Assembly (NCBI GenBank): GCA_051647125.1
Contig: JBOFDP010000085.1
Location: forward strand, 50,548 to 114,547
Source of the DNA: Chitinophagaceae bacterium
Lineage (GTDB): Bacteria > Bacteroidota > Bacteroidia > Chitinophagales > Chitinophagaceae
DNA length: 64,000 bases
Direction: 5' to 3'
Below, one piece after another: positions 58,334 to 64,000 of the stretch. The translations under genes were made by a program, and so were the position numbers. Numbering within the stretch: position 1 is the stretch's first letter; the number at the start of each line of letters is the position of its first letter. A model generated the notes under the pieces. That model ran no database searches. It worked only from the letters and a program-made list of their open reading frames with translations, and was not told the origin of the DNA.

Positions 58334-59260
58334 GTGAATCATGATTTTTGGATATACCTCTGTTTTGGTATCATATTATTGATAGGTCTTATTTTAGACA
58401 TTTCTTTTCTTTCTAAAAAAAATAAAGTTATTTCTTTTAAAATGGCTTTATTAGAAAGCTCTATTTGGGTTTTGATTGGGTTGGGTTTTGGATTATTTAT
58501 TTTGAATGAGCGTGGTTATTCTATAGCTTTGGACTATTGGACAGCATACCTTACAGAATGGTCTCTTAGTGTAGATAATCTTTTTGTATTTATTCTCTTG
58601 TTTCAAAGTTTTAAGGTAAAAGAAAAATATGAAGGCAGGGCTTTATTTTGGGGTATTTTATTAGCCATTATTTTAAGAATAATTTTGATTACTCTAGGTA
58701 TTGAGTTGGTAAAAAATTATTCTTGGGTACTTTATATTTTTGGATTATTTTTATTGTACACTGGTATAAAAATAGTTGTAACTAAAAACAAAGAGGCAGA
58801 AGTAGATTTTAAAAAAACAAAAATAGCAAAATTTTTTTATAAATTTCTTAAAGTACACCCTCGTTATGAAGGCAATCACTTTATTATAAAAAATAGAAAA
58901 CATGAATATTTTACAACTTCATTATTTATAGTTGTTTTAATATTGATGTTTATAGATATTGCTTTTGCGGTAGATTCCATTCCTGCTACTTTGGCAATTA
59001 CTCAGATTCCTATAGCTGTATATTTATCTAATGTCTTTGCGGTGCTTGGTTTGCGCCCTTTATATTTTGTATTAAAACATGCTATTCATCAATTTACATA
59101 CCTCAATTTTGGTGTTGGAATAATCTTGATTTTTATAGGGATAAAAATCTGTTTGCCTTTTTTTAATATACTTATAGGGTCAATATTTTCTTTTATTTTT
59201 ATTCTGAGTTGCTTATTTTTGTCTATCTTACTCTCTGTATTATTTAAGAAAAATAAATAA
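58334..59260 (+). CDS. TerC-family integral membrane protein
   Basis: ..YLTEWSLSVDNLFVF.. and ..AVDSIPA.. repeat motifs. About 9 transmembrane segments. Confidence 0.75.
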   Translation: MNHDFWIYLCFGIILLIGLILDISFLSKKNKVISFKMALLESSIWVLIGLGFGLFILNERGYSIALDYWTAYLTEWSLSVDNLFVFILLFQSFKVKEKYEGRALFWGILLAIILRIILITLGIELVKNYSWVLYIFGLFLLYTGIKIVVTKNKEAEVDFKKTKIAKFFYKFLKVHPRYEGNHFIIKNRKHEYFTTSLFIVVLILMFIDIAFAVDSIPATLAITQIPIAVYLSNVFAVLGLRPLYFVLKHAIHQFTYLNFGVGIILIFIGIKICLPFFNILIGSIFSFIFILSCLFLSILLSVLFKKNK

Positions 59261-59276
59261 TAACTTAGAACTTTTT

Positions 59277-60389
59277 ATGGAAACACACAATACTGTTTTA
59301 GAAATTCGAAAAAAGGCTCTACAACATAACATTCAAATTTTACGAAAAACTATAACTCCCTCTTCAAAAATAATGGGGATGATAAAAGCTGATGGCTATG
59401 GACATAGTCTTGTTAAAATGGCAAAACTTCTTGAACAAGAAAATATAGATTGTCTAGGTGTAGCTTTTGCTGATGAAGGAGCAATCCTCAGAACCAAGAA
59501 AATAAAGATCCCCGTTGTGGTAATGAATATAGAAAAAGAAGGCTTTGGAAATATTATAAAACATAATTTAGAACCTGTATTTTTTAACCTCTCTCTATTA
59601 AACGACTTTATTGATTTATTAAAACAAAAAAATATTCCTTCTTATCCTATTCACATTGAAATAGAAACAGGATTGAACCGCCTTGGTTTTGAAGAAAAAG
59701 AATGGCTTTCTCTTATAGATTTTATAAAAAATAAAACCCATAAAAAATATTTTTCTATAAAAAGTATTTTTTCCCATTTGTCTGCAAGTGATGAAGAGGA
59801 ACATGATAATTATACCTCACAACAAAGCAATTTATTAGATAAATTTATTACTCTTTGCAATCAACATGGCATAGAAAAAACATATTTTGTTCATATAGCA
59901 AACTCTGCCGGGGCCTTAAGGTTTCAAAAATTACAAAAAAATATCGTACGTATAGGAGTTTCTCTTCTTGGAATAGAACTTACTAACCCACCAGTAGGAT
60001 TACAACGTATAAGTACATTGAAAACAACAATTGCCCAAATCAAGCAATTAAAAAAAGGTGAATCCATTGGATATAATAGAAAAAGTATAACCGAAAAAGA
60101 AACGATAATTGCTACTATTCGTATAGGATATGCGGATGGATTTTCTAGACAATTTAGCAATGGTGTGGGCGAAGTTTTTTTACACGGGAAACATGCTCCC
60201 GTTGTAGGTAATGTGTGTATGGATATGACTATGATCGACATTTCTGACATTCCTGAAGCTAAAGAAAATGATACAGTAGAAATTTTTGGTGAAAATATAA
60301 CAATAGAAACACTTGCTCAAAAATTACATACGATTCCTTACGAAATTTTTACTAGTATTGCGCATAGAATAAGAAAAATAATTGTATAA
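59277..60389 (+). CDS. alr: Alanine racemase
   Basis: PLP-lysine region MGMIKADGYGHS, ..HIEIETGLNRLG.., ..GYADG.., ..VVGNVCMDMTMIDI... Confidence 0.9.
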   Translation: METHNTVLEIRKKALQHNIQILRKTITPSSKIMGMIKADGYGHSLVKMAKLLEQENIDCLGVAFADEGAILRTKKIKIPVVVMNIEKEGFGNIIKHNLEPVFFNLSLLNDFIDLLKQKNIPSYPIHIEIETGLNRLGFEEKEWLSLIDFIKNKTHKKYFSIKSIFSHLSASDEEEHDNYTSQQSNLLDKFITLCNQHGIEKTYFVHIANSAGALRFQKLQKNIVRIGVSLLGIELTNPPVGLQRISTLKTTIAQIKQLKKGESIGYNRKSITEKETIIATIRIGYADGFSRQFSNGVGEVFLHGKHAPVVGNVCMDMTMIDISDIPEAKENDTVEIFGENITIETLAQKLHTIPYEIFTSIAHRIRKIIV

Positions 60390-60457
60390 AAAGAAAAAAG
60401 GTAAGTTTTTTTTCTTTATTTGCTTTAAAGTTTTTATTTTAGTAAAAATTTTTTACT

Positions 60458-62569
60458 ATGTATAGACTTTTCATATTATTTTTATTCTGTGTTAGTATCC
60501 TTTTTGCTCAAAAAAATACACCTCAAGAATACAGAGCAAGTGCAAAAAAAATTAACCTTCTTATCCATACTGATTTAGAGATAAAGCCTGATTTTTCTAA
60601 AAGTTATCTTTATGGTAAGGCTATCATTACTTTACAACCCAATTTTTATTCTACAGATTCTCTTATCTTGGATGCTAAAGGTATGGAAATAAAAGAAATT
60701 TCTATACTTAAAGATGAAAAAAAAACAAAGCTTAATTACCAATATGATAGCTTACAACTTTTTATTAAACTCGATAAAATATATACCAAAGCCCAACCCT
60801 ATACTATTTTTATAGATTATATTGCCAAACCCAATGAAATAAAACAAAAAGGAAGCGACGCTATTACCGAGGCAAAAGGTATGTATTTTATAAACCCATT
60901 AGGCAAAGAGAAAAATAAGCCCACTCAAATTTGGACACAAGGAGAAACAGAATCTAACTCTTGTTGGTTTCCAACTATAGATAAGCCTAATCAAAAAATG
61001 ACCAATAGAATAAAAGTTACTATTCCCAAAAAATTTGTAACCCTTTCTAATGGGCTTTTAGAACAACAAATAAACCACACAGATAGCACAAGAACAGATA
61101 TTTGGTATATGGATTTACCACATGCTCCATATCTTGTTTTCTTAGGAATTGGGGAGTTTTCTATTATAAAAGACTATTATAAAGAAAAAGAGGTAGCCTA
61201 TTATGTAGAACCTTCTTACGAAAAAGTAGCTCGGAAAATTTTTGGTAATACGCCAGAAATGATTGGGTTTTATTCTACTCTATTAGGCGTAGAGTTTCCT
61301 TGGCAAAAATATGCTCAAATGGTGGGTAGAGATTTTGTAAGTGGAGCTATGGAAAATACTACAGCTACCTTACATCAAGAAACAGCTCAACAATCGGAAC
61401 AAGATTTAATAGATGGAAACATATGGGAAAGTACCATTGCTCACGAGCTTTTTCATCATTGGTTTGGTAATTTAGTAACTGCTGAAAGTTGGAGTAATAT
61501 TACTCTTAATGAATCTTTTGCTACCTATGGATCCTATCTTTGGAATGAATATAAATATGGAAAAAGTAAAGCTGACGAAACTCTTCTTCGTAATCAACAA
61601 AGCTATAAAAAAGGAGGATATATAAGTAGACAAAAACATCTGGTACGTTATTTTTATAAAGATAAAGAAGATGTTTTTGATAATGTTTCTTATCCTAAAG
61701 GAGCTACTATTATACATATGCTTAGAAAATATTTAGGAGATTCTGCTTTTTTTGAAGCTATAAAAATGTATCTTACTAAAAATAAATTTAAAGCAGCAGA
61801 AGTTTCTCAATTAAGATTAGCCTTTGAAGAAGTTTCTGGAGAAGATTTGAATTGGTTTTTTAACCAATGGTTTTTTAATAATGGACATCCTACTTTAAAT
61901 ATTAAAGATTCTGTTGACGTAAAAAATAATAAACTTATACTTTCTTTTCAACAAACACAAAACGAAGATTCTTTCAAAATTCCTATCCCTATTTGGGTAT
62001 TTGATAAAAATAAAAATCCTAAAAATTATATTTTTTGGAACACCACACGAAAGGATACTTTTTATATTCCTTTTATAGAAAAACCAGCTTTTTATATTGT
62101 TGATCCTGAAAGATATATTTTGTGTGATTTTATAGAATATTCAAAGAAAAAAAAAGATTATCTTTTTCAGATAGAAAATATCCCTTATTATATTGCAAAA
62201 AGAGAAGCTATTTTTAAAATAATGACATTAATAGATAGCAACATTAGCAAATCAAAGAACCCTGAGTTAGAAAAATTATTTAAAAATTTTATAAATGCTG
62301 AAAATAATATTCAAGAAATTTATTTAATAGCCTTTAGTATAAACAAAATAAAACTACAAAAAGAACAACAACAGTTTATTCTTTCTTTAGCAAAAAATAA
62401 ACAGAAACCTTCCTCTATAAGATGTTTGGCTATAGAATATTTAATGGGTACTAGAAATTATAAAAAATACAAAGGAGAATTAAAAAATTTAGGTAAAGAT
62501 TCTTCTAACCAAGTAAGTACCACTGCTATAAACTATTTCATAAATACATTTATGTCTTCTAATCAATAA
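60458..62569 (+). CDS. M1-family zinc aminopeptidase (aminopeptidase N-like), secreted
   Basis: Signal peptide, GAMEN exopeptidase motif, and HELFHHWFGNLVT...WSNITLNESFA (HExxH-18-E). Confidence 0.85.
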   Translation: MYRLFILFLFCVSILFAQKNTPQEYRASAKKINLLIHTDLEIKPDFSKSYLYGKAIITLQPNFYSTDSLILDAKGMEIKEISILKDEKKTKLNYQYDSLQLFIKLDKIYTKAQPYTIFIDYIAKPNEIKQKGSDAITEAKGMYFINPLGKEKNKPTQIWTQGETESNSCWFPTIDKPNQKMTNRIKVTIPKKFVTLSNGLLEQQINHTDSTRTDIWYMDLPHAPYLVFLGIGEFSIIKDYYKEKEVAYYVEPSYEKVARKIFGNTPEMIGFYSTLLGVEFPWQKYAQMVGRDFVSGAMENTTATLHQETAQQSEQDLIDGNIWESTIAHELFHHWFGNLVTAESWSNITLNESFATYGSYLWNEYKYGKSKADETLLRNQQSYKKGGYISRQKHLVRYFYKDKEDVFDNVSYPKGATIIHMLRKYLGDSAFFEAIKMYLTKNKFKAAEVSQLRLAFEEVSGEDLNWFFNQWFFNNGHPTLNIKDSVDVKNNKLILSFQQTQNEDSFKIPIPIWVFDKNKNPKNYIFWNTTRKDTFYIPFIEKPAFYIVDPERYILCDFIEYSKKKKDYLFQIENIPYYIAKREAIFKIMTLIDSNISKSKNPELEKLFKNFINAENNIQEIYLIAFSINKIKLQKEQQQFILSLAKNKQKPSSIRCLAIEYLMGTRNYKKYKGELKNLGKDSSNQVSTTAINYFINTFMSSNQ

Positions 62570-62810
62570 AAAAAGATTATCTATATTACGATTTCTTTCC
62601 TAAATCAATTATTTAAGCCAGAAACTGATTTTAAAAAATAGTAAATGCTCTTGTATAAAAGGTCAATCAAGCTTCTATTATTACAAAAGAACAAATTATT
62701 ACATCAGTTGAAATGGCAGAAAAAACCTTACAAGCTATTTCAAATGAAAAAAAAGGAACCTTTATAGATTTCAAGCAAAAAATAAATTATTTTAAAAATA
62801 TCTATAAAAA

Positions 62811-62819
62811 ATTATCCAC
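62811..62819 (+). promoter_or_regulatory. Perfect DnaA-box word TTATCCACA in a non-coding spacer
   Basis: Exact 9-mer match to the consensus. The same 9-mer also occurs by chance inside ubiE (56776-56784), so on its own this is weak. Confidence 0.3.
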
Positions 62820-62903
62820 ATAAAACTCTGAATTTATTCTTAATAAAATCATTTAATACTGAGTAAAATATTTTTATCTTCATTTACACCCTTTTTATTT
62901 TTT

Positions 62904-62921
62904 TTATGCACATGTGTATAA
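62904..62921. promoter_or_regulatory. Abutting inverted pair of 8/9 DnaA-box-like words
   Basis: TTATGCACA|TGTGTATAA. The second word is the reverse complement of TTATACACA. Confidence 0.3.
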
Positions 62922-63071
62922 AAATTAATTATAAAAATTTGAAATCTCAAAAGCCTTAATTTTATAGAGTTTTTAAATTTTTTTTATGTTAAAATATTTA
63001 TTTTAATATTGAATAACCTGTGTATATTTATTTTTCAACAAATTCACATACTTAATAATAAACTTCTCTTT

Positions 63072-63123
63072 TTTATAAAAAAAATATTATCTATTATATA
63101 TGTGAATTCAAATAATAGATAAT
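63072..63123 (-). terminator. Rho-independent terminator after mnmG
   Basis: 12-bp perfect stem ATTATCTATTAT (63086-63097) / ATAATAGATAAT (63112-63123). On the minus strand it is followed by ATTTTTTTT. Confidence 0.6.
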
Positions 63124-63125
63124 TA

Positions 63126-64000
63126 TTATCGCCTCATATAAATAATAAGTATTTGTATATCAGTAGGGTTTATACCACTTATTCTATAAGCTTGACCTAT
63201 AGTAGTAGGCTTTATTTTTTTTAATTTATCTATAGCCTCAGAACTAAGAGATTTTATATTACTATAGTTAAAATTCTCAGGTATAGGTAAGTTTTCTAGT
63301 GTATTTATTTTCTTAATGGTTTCTTTCTCTCGTTCAATATAAACACTATATTTTATTTGTATTTCTACCTGGTTTAATGTTGCTTTATCAAAATTATTGA
63401 GCTTATTCTTAATTAATTCATTAATATGTTTTATAGTAATTTCTGGACGCATTAAAAGTTTAGAAATTTTTTGTTTTTCTTTTATAACAGAAGAATTTAT
63501 TTTTTCTAAATAACTATTGATCTCATAAGGATTAATCACTGTGTTATATAGTAAATTTTTTATATTTTCTATATCTTGTATTTTTTCTATTACTTTATTA
63601 TATCTATTTTCTTTTATTAATCCTAAATGATAACCAATAGGACTTAGTCTTATATCTGCATTATCTTGCCTTAAAAGTGTTCTAAATTCAGCTCTTGAGG
63701 TAAACATTCTATAAGGTTCTTGAGTACCTTTACTTATAAGATCATCAATAAGAACTCCTATATAAGCTTCATCTCTCTTAAGTATTAGAGGGTTTTTTTC
63801 ATTTATTTTTTGATGAGCATTAATTCCAGCTATCAATCCTTGACAAGCGGCTTCTTCATATCCAGTAGTTCCATTTATTTGTCCTGCAAAAAATAAATTT
63901 TCTAATATATTTGTTTCTAACGAATAACGTAATTGTTGAGGAGGAAAATAATCATATTCTATAGCATATCCAGGTCTGAAGAACTTACAATTTTCAAAAC
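63126..64000 (-). CDS. mnmG: tRNA uridine-5-carboxymethylaminomethyl modification enzyme MnmG (GidA), C-terminal part; continues past the window end
   Basis: Hand translation upstream of the track ORF gives ..FENCKFFRPGYAIEYDYFPPQQL..LFFAGQINGTTGYEEAACQGLIAGINA.. and then ..YRMFTSRAEFRTLLRQDNAD.. Confidence 0.9.
   Translation of the reverse strand, partial: FENCKFFRPGYAIEYDYFPPQQLRYSLETNILENLFFAGQINGTTGYEEAACQGLIAGINAHQKINEKNPLILKRDEAYIGVLIDDLISKGTQEPYRMFTSRAEFRTLLRQDNADIRLSPIGYHLGLIKENRYNKVIEKIQDIENIKNLLYNTVINPYEINSYLEKINSSVIKEKQKISKLLMRPEITIKHINELIKNKLNNFDKATLNQVEIQIKYSVYIEREKETIKKINTLENLPIPENFNYSNIKSLSSEAIDKLKKIKPTTIGQAYRISGINPTDIQILIIYMRR

Noticed and set aside
62960-62990. dif-like half-site: TTATGTTAAAA matches 10/11 of the E. 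coli XerD arm TTATGTTAAAT, in a convergent spacer.
   Set aside because: The adjoining spacer (TTTTTT) and the would-be XerC arm (GAGTTTTTAAA) do not match the dif consensus. Such an AT-only 11-mer is easy to get by chance in this composition.

Overview
Low-GC (roughly 30% by eye) chromosomal segment from a Bacteroidota, probably Flavobacteriia-like, organism. Support for that placement: a SusC-like TonB receptor, gldA, porT, bshC, a long S16, TAnnTTTG promoter boxes in front of most transcription units, and almost no Shine-Dalgarno sites. I can support about 60 protein genes and 3 tRNAs. Nearly all are housekeeping: uvrA, fabG, mdh, dnaB, pdxA, a ubiD-family gene, asnA, bshC, rpsP, parC, folC, alaS, adk, mreC-mreD-mrdA-rodA, cysE-cysK, holB, ubiE-porT, alr, an M1 aminopeptidase and mnmG. 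The only clearly accessory block is a ~9.8 kb Wzx/Wzy-type polysaccharide locus on the minus strand (9183-18972). That locus is decaying: gmd carries one nonsense codon and three frameshifts, and an acetyltransferase carries one in-frame TAA. Its distal wzx + acetyltransferase module is bracketed by a ~300 bp direct repeat of the dnaB promoter and 5' coding end. Other points worth a second look are an SSB-tip-like acidic tail (..EDDDNIPF) on DnaB, a 555 bp AT-rich convergent spacer before mnmG with DnaA-box-like words, a UvrA that lacks the first zinc-module ligands, and several probably leaderless starts. I saw no CRISPR array, transposase, integrase, prophage or recognisable defence or toxin system. 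I cannot point to a convincing wholly new multi-gene system. All translations and alignments were done by eye, so indel positions are approximate.
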